From NCBI RefSeq assembly GCF_009914755.1, contig NC_060947.1: a stretch of 64,000 nt of DNA; one strand, given 5' to 3'. How positions within the stretch are numbered: position 1 is the first letter of the stretch; each line of letters opens with the position of its first letter. Positions 1-11,684 of this stretch are shown here, one piece after another. A model generated the notes under the pieces. It had not been told where the DNA came from. It saw only the letters and a list, made by a program, of their open reading frames with translations, and ran no database searches. Position numbers and translations under genes: made by a program. This stretch comes from the human T2T-CHM13v2.0 reference genome, Homo sapiens.

Positions 1-1014
1 ACAGGGATCAGCTATTCGATTCCTTCCACCAGTAAGCAGATAGTGTCACCGAGTTCTTCAATGGCACAGTCCAAGAGCCAGGTCCAGGCCATGCTCCCTG
101 TCGCTCTGCCCCCCTTACCAGTGCCTCAGTGGCATCACGCCCACCAGCTGAAGGCGTTGGCAGCCAGCAAGCAGGGGTCTGCTACAAAGCAGCAAGGGCC
201 CACCCCCAGTTGGTCTGGTCTGCCTCCTCCAGGACTCTCTCCACCTTACCGCCCAGTGCCATCACCACACCCACCACCGCTGCCACTGCCACCACCACCA
301 CCCCCATTCAGCCCCCAGAGCCTCATGGTGTCCTGCATGTCGTCCAATACCTTGTCGGGTAGCACTCTCCGAGGCTCTCCCAATGCCTTACTGTCAAGCA
401 TGACGTCCAGCAGCAATGCTGCCCTGGGGCCCGCCATGCCCTATGCTCCTGAGAAGCTCCCCAGCCCTGCTCTCACTCAACAGCCGCAGTTCGGCCCTCA
501 GAGCTCCATTCTTGCCAACCTCATGTCCTCTACCATCAAAACCCCTCAAGGACACCTGATGTCTGCTCTGCCTGCCAGCAACCCTGGGCCGTCCCCACCC
601 TATCGCCCAGAGAAGCTCTCTAGCCCAGGCTTGCCACAGCAGTCCTTCACCCCACAGTGTTCCCTGATCCGAAGCCTCACTCCCACCAGTAATCTTCTAA
701 GCCAGCAACAGCAGCAGCAGCAGCAGCAGCAGCAAGCAAATGTGATCTTTAAGCCCATAAGCAGCAACTCATCCAAAACCCTGAGCATGATCATGCAGCA
801 GGGGATGGCAAGCTCCAGCCCAGGAGCCACGGAGCCATTTACTTTTGGCAACACCAAGCCCTTGTCCCATTTTGTTTCTGAGCCGGGTCCCCAGAAGATG
901 CCCTCCATGCCTACCACCTCTAGGCAGCCTTCCCTGCTCCACTACCTGCAGCAGCCGACACCAACGCAGGCCTCCTCAGCCACTGCCTCCTCCACGGCCA
1001 CTGCCACCTTGCAG

Positions 1015-1048
<34 letters not shown>

Positions 1049-1146
1049 CTGACCATTCTTCATTCCTTCTGCAGCAGATGATGCAGCAACCCCAGCGTTT
1101 TCAGCGATCAGTGGCCTCAGATTCCATGCCTGCTCTGCCCAGACAG
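1..1146 (+). CDS. MAMLD1: MAMLD1 large coding exon, 3' part (begins upstream of the window); Pro/Ser/Gln-rich with two polyQ tracts
   Basis: Frame 1 is open from base 1 (TGISYSIPSTSKQIVSPSSSMAQ...) to ...SDSMPALPRQ, then phase-0 donor CAG|GTAAGA at 1146/1147. Protein recognised as human MAMLD1. Codons at 304 (Pro), 742 (Val) and 3402 (Asn) have the spacing of the P359, V505 and N662 variant positions I recall for the 774-aa isoform. Confidence 0.96.
703..735 (+). repeat. Coding CAG/CAA tract, Q11
   Basis: CAG CAA (CAG)8 CAA, in frame. Confidence 0.95.
1018..1047 (+). repeat. Coding CAG/CAA tract, Q10
   Basis: (CAG)5 CAA (CAG)4, in frame. Confidence 0.95.
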
Positions 1147-1288
1147 GTAAGACAATCTCATATCTGGCTGTGTTCTTTTGTTTTGGAAGTAACAACTGTG
1201 TTTCATGTTGCCAATATCTGGCTCTGGAGGGTAAATCCAGGCTATAGTTCTCTCTGAGACTGGAAAAGACTCTGAAAAAGTCTACTGA

Positions 1289-1364
1289 AGTCAGCTAATC
1301 CTGTGTGGTTAAAAGCACAGTGTTAATAAGGCCAAGGTTATGGTTTCAGTGCCTGTTCAAGTCA
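1289..1364 (+). mobile_element. Decayed tRNA-Ile(AAT)-like head, probably an ancient tRNA-derived SINE (MamSINE1-like); not a functional tRNA
   Basis: tggttaaaagcacagtgttaataaggccaaggttatggtttcagtgcctgt is colinear with tRNA-Ile TGGTTAGAGCGTGGTGCTAATAACGCCAAGGTCGCGGGTTCGATCCCCGT; stems are broken. Confidence 0.6.
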
Positions 1365-1680
1365 CCTAACTTCCCTAGAAGGAGAGCTGCACCCACAAGG
1401 TGCTCCCGGTGGAAGGAGCCAGGTGGGACAAGTCCGAATACAGAAATGCCTTCCCTGCACTGGGCCATGTAGAAAGACTAGTGAATCCTTCTTAAGATGT
1501 AAGGAAATTGCACTGAAGCATTTAATCTTATCCCTGCTGGCAGAAGGACAAACACTGAGCCTTCTAGAAATGCCACAGCAAACTTTTGCTGAGCAACCTC
1601 AGCATGCCATTTGTCACTGTGCTGGATACTCAGTCAGGTCGTGAAAGGAAAAAGACAGGTATTTGCAAGGTAGTCACTCT

Positions 1681-1812
1681 CATCATCTCCATTTTACAAA
1701 TGAAGAAACTGAGGCTCAGAGAGTTGAAAGACTTGCCCAGAGTCACATAGTTCGCAAGGGACAGAGCAGGAACTTGAAGCCAGGTGGTCTCACTCCAGAG
1801 CCTGTGCTCTTC
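1681..1812 (-). mobile_element. MIR SINE fragment
   Basis: ccattttacaaatgaagaaactgaggctcagagag...acttgcccagagtcacatag core. Confidence 0.85.
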
Positions 1813-1937
1813 TTGAAATTACTTTTGACTTCTCACCCTCCCTCATCTCCTCCAGGCTTTTCAATCATGAAATGCAGCTGATTCCACCTGGGTCGTGTCT
1901 ATCACAGTTCCCAGTTTTCATTTCTGTGACCCCTGCC

Positions 1938-2509
1938 TGTATTAGTTATCTGTGGCTGCATAACAAATTACCCCAAGCACCAGCTTCGAACCATATGCAT
2001 ACGTTACCACCACATCCTGATTTCTGGGTGTTAGGAATCCTGGCATGGTTTAACTGAGTCTTCTGGCTGAGTATCTCCTAAGGCTGCAGTCATCTCAAGG
2101 CTCAGTGGGGAAGGATCTGCTTCCAAGCCCACTCATGTGGTTGCTGGCAGGAAGCAGTTCCTTGCAGGTTGTTGGACTGAGGCCTCGGTTTCTCATGAGC
2201 TATTGGCCAGAGGCCTCCCTCAGTTCCTTGCCACACGGTCTCTTCACAGAGCATCTCACAACATGGCAGCTGGCTTCATCTGAGTGAGCATGAGAGAGTG
2301 TGCCAGTGAAGCAGGGTAATGGGGAGAGAGGGAGGAGGGATAGTGCCAGCAAGTCAGAAGTCACAGTCTCTATGACCTGGTCTAGAAAGTAACATCCCAC
2401 CACTTTTGCTGTATTCTATTCATGAGATGTAAGCCAGAGGAGATTGCATGAGGGTGTAAATACCAGGAGGCAGGGTTCAGTGGGGCCAGGTCACACGTGT
2501 GCCTACACA
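1938..2509 (-). mobile_element. MLT1-family (MaLR) solo LTR
   Basis: Starts tgtattagttatctgtggctgcataacaaattacccc, the typical MLT1 terminus; internal ggctgcagtcatctcaaggctc and ends gcctacaca. Confidence 0.8.
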
Positions 2510-2529
2510 GAATACTCAGTCACCATCTA

Positions 2530-2950
2530 CCATCCCTCCTTCCCATTCCTCTCATCCTTGCCCAAGTTCAGGTCCTCTTGATTCTTTATCTGAACTCATA
2601 CAGTTGACCCTTAACTGGTCTCTCCCAATAAACCATCCATTGCTCTGAGTCGTCTTGCTAAAACAGTGACCTGATCATGTTTTACACTTGCTCAGAAGTC
2701 CCCAGAGGCCCATAAGCTGGCCCCACCAGCCTCCTGGGCCCTTCAGCATCCATCAGGCCCTGCCTTGCACTTTGTTTCTATTACCCAGAAGTGCCTGCAG
2801 CACTTGGCCCACGCTATCTGGTCTCAGCCTTTACTCTGGCCGTTCCCTGGGCCTGGTCATCCCTTCCCACATTTTCTCTCCTGTCCAACACCTGCAGCTA
2901 CTTAGGGCTCAGGCACCATCCCTCCAGGAAGCTTTTCCATGACTGTCCTC
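2530..2950 (+). mobile_element. L2 LINE fragment
   Basis: taactggtctctccc, tgacctgatcatgttttacacttgctcaga and catccctccaggaagctttcc-like L2 3' region motifs. Confidence 0.55.
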
Positions 2951-3335
2951 AGTACTTCCATTTCCCACTGTGCCTCCCTCTTCTGGAGAGTGGTCAAGGA
3001 GGAGATTATAAAGTGCTTGGCCAGAGACCTGGCCCAAGGGAAGCACCTGTCAAGGGCTGACCTCTTATTTAAGAGCTCTGTATGAGCACACCTGTGGCAA
3101 CCCCTAGAGTACAGAGGTTGTGTCTTTTCCATCCAGGTTTCCTGGAGCATAACCATGCAGAGTGCTTGACACCAGGGAGTTGGTCGTTTGATAGACCATG
3201 CGGCAAGCAGAGCTCCCATGGGGGTGGCCGGGGGAGCGGTGTGGAGATAGGCAAAGCACATAGGACACGGCAGGCCACCTGGGGCTCGGGCCCTGGTCTG
3301 CAGTTCAGGAGCACTTTGGTTTGATTTTATTATAG

Positions 3336-3458
3336 GGCTGTTGCCATCTGTTTGCATGGACTTCTGCAGCTAGCTCGGTGAAGCCCCAGCATCAACACGG
3401 GAACTCTTTCACTAGCAGGCAAGATCCTCAGCCTGGAGACGTGTCACCGTCTAACATT
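3336..3458 (+). CDS. MAMLD1: MAMLD1 123-nt symmetric (phase 0-0) exon, GCCHLFAWTSAASSVKPQHQHGNSFTSRQDPQPGDVSPSNI
   Basis: Acceptor ttgattttattatAG at 3334-3335, donor ATT|GTGAGC at 3459, 41 codons with no stop. Confidence 0.9.
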
Positions 3459-4898
3459 GTGAGCCTTTCTGTTTTGTTTTGTCTTCAATTGGGTACATTT
3501 TTGTAGACTGATTGTGTTGTCCCAGAGCTGGATCAGCTGGCTCAGAGGGAGAATTCTTAATTATTGGGGTCATGCAAATCATACCCAACCAATTACCTAG
3601 GTGGGGTTGGAGAAAGTGTTCAGGAGAAAGACCGAACAGTCAAGCTCCCTGGGGCTAGGAGCACAATAAAGGGGGCAAGCGACTTTTGCCAGCAGAGGCA
3701 AGAAGCTGGGTCCCCAAATTGGAAATGCTATTGCCACCAAGAGCTGCCTTTCCAGCCCATGCTGGCCTGTGCCCAGGGGCCAGGCATGGGACCTGGTGCT
3801 TCACCTGCCTCTTCTCATTTTAATCCTCAGAGGCAGGGGCTGTTACCATTCTCCTGAGAGTTGGGGGGAAAGGCACAGAGAAGTGACCGAAGTTGCCCAC
3901 AGTCACACAGCAAGCTGGGGCCAGAGCAGACAATCTGGCTACAGAGCCCACACTCATACTCCCATGCATGGGGCACTGCCTCTGTAGCCTTCTGTTTCCA
4001 CTGTCACCTCTTAACTGTTTCCTCCTCTACAAATCAAGGTGATGATAGGTTGTCTGAGGACTAAGTGTGTTAATACATCTAAAGCACTTTGAACAGGGCC
4101 TGGCATAAAGTATGTGCTGAGAAGGGATTTGCTGTCACGATGACTCTACCTCCTGACCCTGTGCTCCCAGATCTGTTTCATGGGACTAAGATGTGGTTCT
4201 AAAAACCAGTAGCTGTGGCAGGACAGACACAAGCCACGTTATCTCCAGACCCTGTACCCACCATGAGATTGATAGGAGTTGTGCAGCCTCTGAGCCTTGT
4301 GGGCTCCTTTTGCTCTAGGCCCTGCCTCTCCTGGACAACTCCCAGCCTGATGGGAAAGGGGAAAGGGGAAAGGTCCATCCCTGCTTTGCAGACTGGGGAT
4401 CTCACTTTGCTCTTTCTTGAGCTCTCCGGCACTCTCACTCCGCTCCTCTCCCTAGCACTCTGTTCTCTACCTGGTATTCTTCCAGGCCTCCAAGCTGGGG
4501 GAATCTCAACAGTCCTTCTGTTTCTTCTTATGGCCTCTCCCTATTAACTCTAAGACCTAAGAACTCAGCCCTGGTCATTCTTCCAGGGGAGAGAAAAAAA
4601 TAAAGAAAAAAGCGAGTGTTTGAGGCAAGAGCTGGGACCGCTGTAGAAGGACAGATGGTGGCCCCAATGGTGGGGAAGAACATATTTCCCACTTCCAGCA
4701 GGCTAAGCAAACCTCCCAAGTTTTACTGATGGCCAAGCTGAGCCTCAGGAACACTAATTACCTATGATATGGCATTTACTAGCCTGTTACATTTGCCATG
4801 GACGATAATGGTTACCATGGAAAAACTGGACATTCATTTGAATCTGGATCTTTGAGGTTTTGTGCGGGGGGTGGGGGCTTTTTTGGTTTTTGTCTGTT

Positions 4899-5024
4899 CA
4901 TTTCTTTAGAGGCAGGGTCTCACTATATTGCCCAGTCTGGTCTCAAACTCCTGGGCTCAAGTGATCCTCCCACCTCAGCCTCCCAAAGCACTGAGATTAC
5001 AGGCAGGAACCACCGCACCTGGTC
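4899..5024 (-). mobile_element. Alu left monomer (FLAM/AluJ-like)
   Basis: agaggcagggtctcactatattgcccagtctggtctcaaactcctgggctcaagtgatcctcccacctcagcctcccaaa. Confidence 0.9.
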
Positions 5025-5259
5025 TAGATCTTAGTTTTCTAAAGGAGTTATTTTTAAATGTGAGATGAGACACAAACGCTTGAGTAAGCTGAAAAGCCAA
5101 ATCCAGCCTTCTATAGAGGAGCTCATTTTTATGTACAGACCAGCATCTCTCTATTTGGAGGATTTTGCTTTACCAGTTGAGTGAACTATTCAATTTCAAT
5201 GCACCATTCATGTCCACGTAAGGTAAAAGGCAAATGCCACATGACTTTGGGGCAGCTGT

Positions 5260-5500
5260 TTAGCATGGGAGGTTGAGCAAGCAAGGGCACTGGAGGCAGA
5301 CAGAACTGAGGCTCAAGTCTGGCTACAGATGCTGACTGATTCAGGTCCCATGAGCAATGTTACTCAACTCCTGAGCCTCAGCTGAAAATGGGGAAAGGAA
5401 TAGTCCCCTTCACATAGGGCATTGGGAAGGCAAAGGAGATGCTAACCTGAAACTGCTTAGAACGGTGCCCAGCACACACTACAGGCTCAATCAGGGCTAG
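5260..5500 (+). mobile_element. MIR SINE
   Basis: actggaggcagacagaactgaggctcaagtc...ctgagcctcag...aaaatgggg...cttcacatagggc...cttagaacggtgcccagcaca. Confidence 0.7.
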
Positions 5501-6769
5501 GGCAGCCTTGTGGGCTTGGACCTGAAACCTCCGGGGCCTGATGAATTTCCAAATTCAGAACATTTGGGACTTTGGGAAGGTAATGTGGTGCAAATACCAA
5601 ATGTCACACAACCCTCCAGTGTAATCTGAAGCAGTGTTTCATTACTTTTGCAGAGAAATATGAATATTTAAGGAAGTCCAGAGTCAACTTTTGCCCCCAC
5701 ATAAAATTTGGCACCAAATTTACAAAAGTAAAATTGGCTTTCAGAGCTTCTTGGACTTTAAATTACAGATAAGGGATGTGGACCTGGAATTATTAAGGGA
5801 GGGATCTTTAACTCTTTATGGAGTTGCAACACCCAGCACTGGTTTGTCAGATTTTAATGACCCCAAATTGCGTCACTGAATTCCCCACCCTCCCTCCAGG
5901 CTGGGTGATATATCTTGATGTTTAATCAGACTGAGGCAAAATGAATTTTGTTTGCATCATCTGATGTCCCTTCTCCCTGCAGATTACTGGAGATACCTTG
6001 GCGTGTTGCAAAAATCGCGGTTAGGACTTACTTCAGTTTCACTATTCACGACTGCAGAACAGATCTTACATTTACTCAAAGACACAAACAAGTATGTCAA
6101 GGAGATGGGAGTTGGACTGTGGAAGACTGGGGATAGCAAGAGGCAGCCTCTGGCCAGAGTGCCCTCAGTGCACGTGCATTTGAGCCCCACTCAGATCTGC
6201 AGAGCTGGGAGTGTGGTTTCATGGGGAGGAGGGATGTGGATGGAGGCCAGTTGGAATAAGAACAAAAAAAAGCCTGGAATCTGATCCTTGAGGCAGGCTG
6301 TGCAGCACAGAGGGAAGAGGGCAGCTGTGGAGAAATAGACCAAGGAGGCACATGATGTTGTTTTGACAAATATGGAGAGGGTAGAGAAGGGGGAATCAAA
6401 CCTGCCTTGGAGAAGGCTGGATTAAGCCCCTACTGGGTCTGATATGCTTTCTATCTTAAGGATAAGCTTTAGCTTAGGCAGTCGTGAGCACCAGGCAATT
6501 GCAGAGGCAGTGAACTCACCATCTTCCCTTTCTGAGGGGTTGGGCCTATGAAGAGGATCTGGGCAGCTCCCTCTAAAGTGGGGCCTTGGGGAAGCCCCCA
6601 CTATTCCCACCTGTGGCCTCTCTCACCCCTGGTAGACTGAACCCTCCGAAGTGCAGTACTTCCAGCACCCAGGGCCTGAAGATAGATGGCACAGGGCGGG
6701 GGACACAGGGGCCTTACCCTGGGGCCTTGGCAGGGGACAGGCCCTGGGGCTGGGCTCAAGGCCAAGTTC

Positions 6770-6985
6770 AAGAAAGCTCAGACTTTGGATCACTTGGGTC
6801 CAAATCCCAGTTCTGCCACCTTTTCCGCGGGGCAAGCGATTTACCCTTTCCAGGCTTCAGTCTGTAAAATGGAGATACTAGCATACCTATCTCATGGGGC
6901 TGCTGTGAGGATTAAATGAGATGAGGTAACAGCGCTTGGCATAGGGCCTGGTACACAATTATGCTCCATTGATATTAGCTGTCAC
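6770..6985 (+). mobile_element. MIR SINE
   Basis: gggtccaaatcccagttctgccac...gggcaag...tctgtaaaatggagata...tgtgaggattaaatgagatga. Confidence 0.85.
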
Positions 6986-9900
6986 TCTCAGGAAAGTTCC
7001 CGAAACCCAGAACACCAGTAACCCAATGGAATGAATTTAGTCAGCCTCGGCTCAGCATCCAGGCTCCTCTCTGACCCCCAGGGGTGGACGGTGACTTGGA
7101 GAGAAAGGGCAGGGGAGAGCTCAGTCCCTCTGGGGCTGCGTGCTCACGGACAGTCCCTTAGGGGCGTTAAGGAAGACTTTTGCCAGGTGGCTGAGGAGCA
7201 GCCAAGGCAGCAGACACAGGTTGGTGACTCCAGAAGGAAGTAGAGCCGCCAAGCCAGGCTGTGGTTTCCTGAGTGCCCCTGACCGTGGGTAGGGGAGAAT
7301 GTTGTCTTCTCTTCCCTCTAAGCACGGCCAGCTGAACTTCTAGGAGTTACATGGATGCTGAATAACAAATGCAACCACAGGACGACTTTAGGTGGGCAGA
7401 GAGGAGGGGGAAGGAGGAGCTAAGTTCCACCTGCAGCCAGCGTGGATCTGACCCCACCTGCTTGCAGCAGGCTCAGGGGTGCCTGACATTTCAAGACTCA
7501 GGCAGAGGGCTTACTGATACACAGTGACAATGAACAGGGCGGAAAGCGTGTACATGAGTGGCCAGGAAGGAAAGCTGGTCCTGCATAGTCATGGCGCACA
7601 GAGCACGCATCCTGAGGGGATACCTCCCCTCTCTCCTCTCGTTTCCGTCCTTCTTCTGCACCACTGACTCTCACTCCTAAAGCCTCCAAAAAGAATCTTT
7701 GCAGAAACCCAAGATTCCTTTTGGTTTGAACTTCCAAGGCTACACTAGCCCACTCAGTAGGGCATAACCTTTAATTACTGCTGTCTCAATTAGCTCTGCA
7801 AATTAAATTCTTTATATTTGAACCATGACTTTTCATGGAAAACAAAAAGGAACAAACCAGGTTAGTGAGGCCAAGAGAATTTCCGATTCTGATCAAAGTT
7901 ACATCTGCTCCATTTACAACTAGAGTCAGGAGAGGCAGAGACAGCAAGTGAGCCTTTTCCTAGTCTCAGAATCACTCATTAACATTTTCAAAAAGTAATT
8001 ATTATATTACTAAAATACATGACCTCCACCCCAAAATCAGATCCACCACATATTTTCAAGGAAGGGCCTGTCACCTTGGACTTACAGGTCTTCTCCCTCA
8101 CTTCCCTGCATTCCTCTCTCGTTTTGAGAGTAAGGCTTGCGGGAGAGCAATACTGCTGTCTGTGTTCTCAGAGAAATTTTGTCTTTTACTAATTCTGGCG
8201 AGAAACATCACAGATTTTATTTCAAAGGTTAGTCCTGCTAAAATGCAAGAACAGAAGCCTCTAGAGGAATCTCTGTGTTGTCCACCAGTCAAATGATAAG
8301 TAAGGAAGTGCCTCCACTTGCCAGATAAAGGACTGGGGACCAGGCAGATTTCAAAGAGCCCGTGGGTCAGAGCCGGGGCCTGCCCTGTGCGTATTCTCTG
8401 GCAGACAAGGAAATGTTTTCCTGAATGAGCATTCTTATTTTGTATTTAAACATGATGGTACATACAAGCTTAGTTTTACCATTCTTTCTAAATTAAGCTG
8501 CAAAGAGCTGTTTGGTTTCGGGAAACTTTTTCTTAGCTGTTTTGTGTGGAACTATGATTAGACACCGTGTAACATGCATTTTGAAAATTCGGGGACCGAT
8601 ATCTCAGTGTTGAAAATGTTTTGTTTTAACCTCTCTAAATTGCCAGGAAATGAAACCACATGGGCTGTTGAATTTGGGAAACACAGGCTTAGAACTTGGT
8701 ATTAATCTTACCAAGAATCAAAAAAAAGTTTTTTTTTCAGTTTCTTTTTCGGTTTCTAAGGGCCATTAGTGATCCTCCACCTCAAAGCTATTTTTCTTTT
8801 TCAAAAAGCGGAAATTTAAAATGAGCTGCTTGTTAAATGCTAACCTTTTAAATGTCAACATTTTTTTTCTATTAAAAGTTAAAGAATAAGTGAGACGACA
8901 CTTTCAAATGAAGGTGACTTTACATTGTTCCCCTGGAGGAATGAGCCATCAGTTAGTGTGGTCAACCCCAAAACTTACGGGGATGCACAAGGCCGCCTAC
9001 TTAAGATGCATCAGTAGTAGAGATCAATAGATACAATTTTTTTCATTGCTTAGTAACTGGCTTATGAAAGCTGAAGAGGCAATCATTTTCAGAAACCTCC
9101 TGTCAAGTTTTTTGTTTTGTTTTTTGTTTGTTTTGTCTTAACATATCTGAAGAGAAACAAGGAAACTTGCTGAAGTTAGGACACCCAAAATGAGCCCTTT
9201 TAAAAATGAAGTGCACAAATTATTTTATGCTAAGTTAATTAAGACAACCTACTTATTTGTCACTGTAAAGCAAGGCAAGGAATCTCATTGCGCTTTTCAA
9301 AGAACGTAAGAGGACAGAAATAAATCATTGTGTCGTGCTGCTTTAAGCTGTATCTCCTTATGAATACCTACAAACCCAAAACACAGAACACCATATGGAG
9401 CGAGCAGTCCAGTTTTGCGCACACAACAAACATGAAAGAGAAGTGCTGTCGCTCTACTACTACTATGTCCCCAGGTGAAAAGTTCGCAAAATGTAAACAA
9501 GATCTAGAGCAGATGAAACTCACGGTAGACTTGCTCCATTCAGCTGTGGCCCTAACACCTACAGCCAGCACTGTCACTGAGTGCAGGAGTGGATGGTGCA
9601 GAGCGCCAAGGGGAATCAAAGACGTGACCCTTCCATCCAGGTGAGCAAAGGATGAGTACTCAGAGGGCTGGACTGCACCCTCCCCTCCCCATCCTGTGCT
9701 TCTGACTCTCAGATCCACTTCTGACTCTCACTTCCAGCTTCTGACTCTCAGATCCACTCATGGTCCCATATCGTGGATTTATGGAATCCTTTCCCGAGTC
9801 TATTTGTACTTTTAGCCTGTTCTGTCCCTTAGGGATTGACAAATCCCACGATCTGGGCCTGCCCTGTAAAACAACTATGTGGGGCCTGACCTGGCTGCTT

Positions 9901-11189
9901 TTTAGCTTGAAGGGGATAGCAGAGGGTAGAATGCTGGTTACATTTAAAGCACCCTGCTCCCAGATCCAAAAGAAAGTTTCTGCTTTTTCCTAAGGAGTTG
10001 AAACAGTCTGGGATTTTATCTGATTTTGTTATTTTGCCTACAATGACAAACACTGCTTTTGTTTGTTTTATCATGTTGTGTTTTTTGCTAGATGAGTGTT
10101 TATCATGCCGGCTGCACCCATCCAAAGCAGTAAGGTTGTTGAAAGCCAAAAGCAGCAGAAAGGCCCAAAGAGATCACCCCACCTCACCCACAGGCTCACC
10201 TCTGCAGGTGTCTTCAGACAGCTGACTCTTAACTCTCATCTCAGCAACAGTTTCTAAGATAGAGAGTGGAATAAAGAGTCAGCATTCATCCATTTCTTCG
10301 ATGTTTTCTCCTTTACCCCATGTGAACCAAGTTTCTTGGTAACGTGCAGCTAGGACTCACACAGACGAAAAGCACAGAGCCACAGGCCTTGGCTGGGTTA
10401 TTGGAGCTAGGTGCACAGGAAAAATAAAAGTGGGTGCTCCAGGACATTATATATATAGTCCTGGGCTAAAGGTGGCCTTCAGGGCCTGAAAGATGGATAG
10501 CTGTACCTCACTAGGAATTATCCCACCTCTTGCTTTGCTTGTGGGAGCTTTCAGTTTGCAGCTAAAGGCTCAGGTTCCGGCCAGCTTTTTCCCCTGTAGC
10601 ATGCTACCAAATCCGGCCATCTTCCAGTTTTGAGCAGAGGAGGTGAGCGTAGCTGTGGAGACACATATTCTTCTGCAGGCCCATGTCGGGGTGGCCCATG
10701 AAGAGAATTTGCCAAAGCCAGCTGGCTCAGCAGACCAACAGATGAAGGTGGACTACTCATTTGCAATTGTGATTAATGATCATTTATTTCCATGTGACAA
10801 AGCTTTGAACGATGTGGGAGGCCCTCACCCATCCCTGAGTGGGAATAACTGGGAATGATTCCATGACCCTTTCCCTTTATCTGGCAATCCTTTCAAAGAT
10901 GAGCTCTGGAAAATGTGAACAGACAATGCACTCCACTATAGCTTTCTAGTTTCACATCTTCAAACACCAAAATGTTGACACCCATTGGGATGGTTATTAT
11001 AAACACATACACACAGAGAGAGAAAATAACAAGTGATGGTGAGGATGTGGAGAAATTGGAACCCTTGTGCATTGTTGGTGGGAATGTGAAATAGTGCAGC
11101 CACTGTGGAAAAAAGTACGGCAGTTCCTCAAAAAATTACACAGAGAAATACCGTATGATCCAGTGATTCCACTTCTGGGTATATGCCTA

Positions 11190-11502
<313 letters not shown>

Positions 11503-11623
11503 AGAAAGAAAGAAAGAGAGAAAGAAAGAAAGAAAAAGAAAGAGAGAAAGAAAGAAAGAAAGAGAGACAGAGACAGAGACAGAGAAAGTAAGAAAGAAAG
11601 AAAAAAGAAAGAAAGAAAGAAAA

Positions 11624-11683
<60 letters not shown>

Positions 11684-11684
11684 A
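11503..11684 (+). repeat. Complex (GAAA)n/GA-rich microsatellite grown from the Alu tail
   Basis: About 180 bp of almost pure purine, lying inside the Alu TSD. Confidence 0.95.

Noticed and set aside
1147-1257. C-terminal 36 aa of ORF 43..1257 (VRQSHIWLCSF...)
   Set aside because: Read-through past the GTAAGA donor into the intron; composition changes abruptly.
1289-1364. Functional tRNA gene
   Set aside because: Acceptor and T stems and the B box are degraded.
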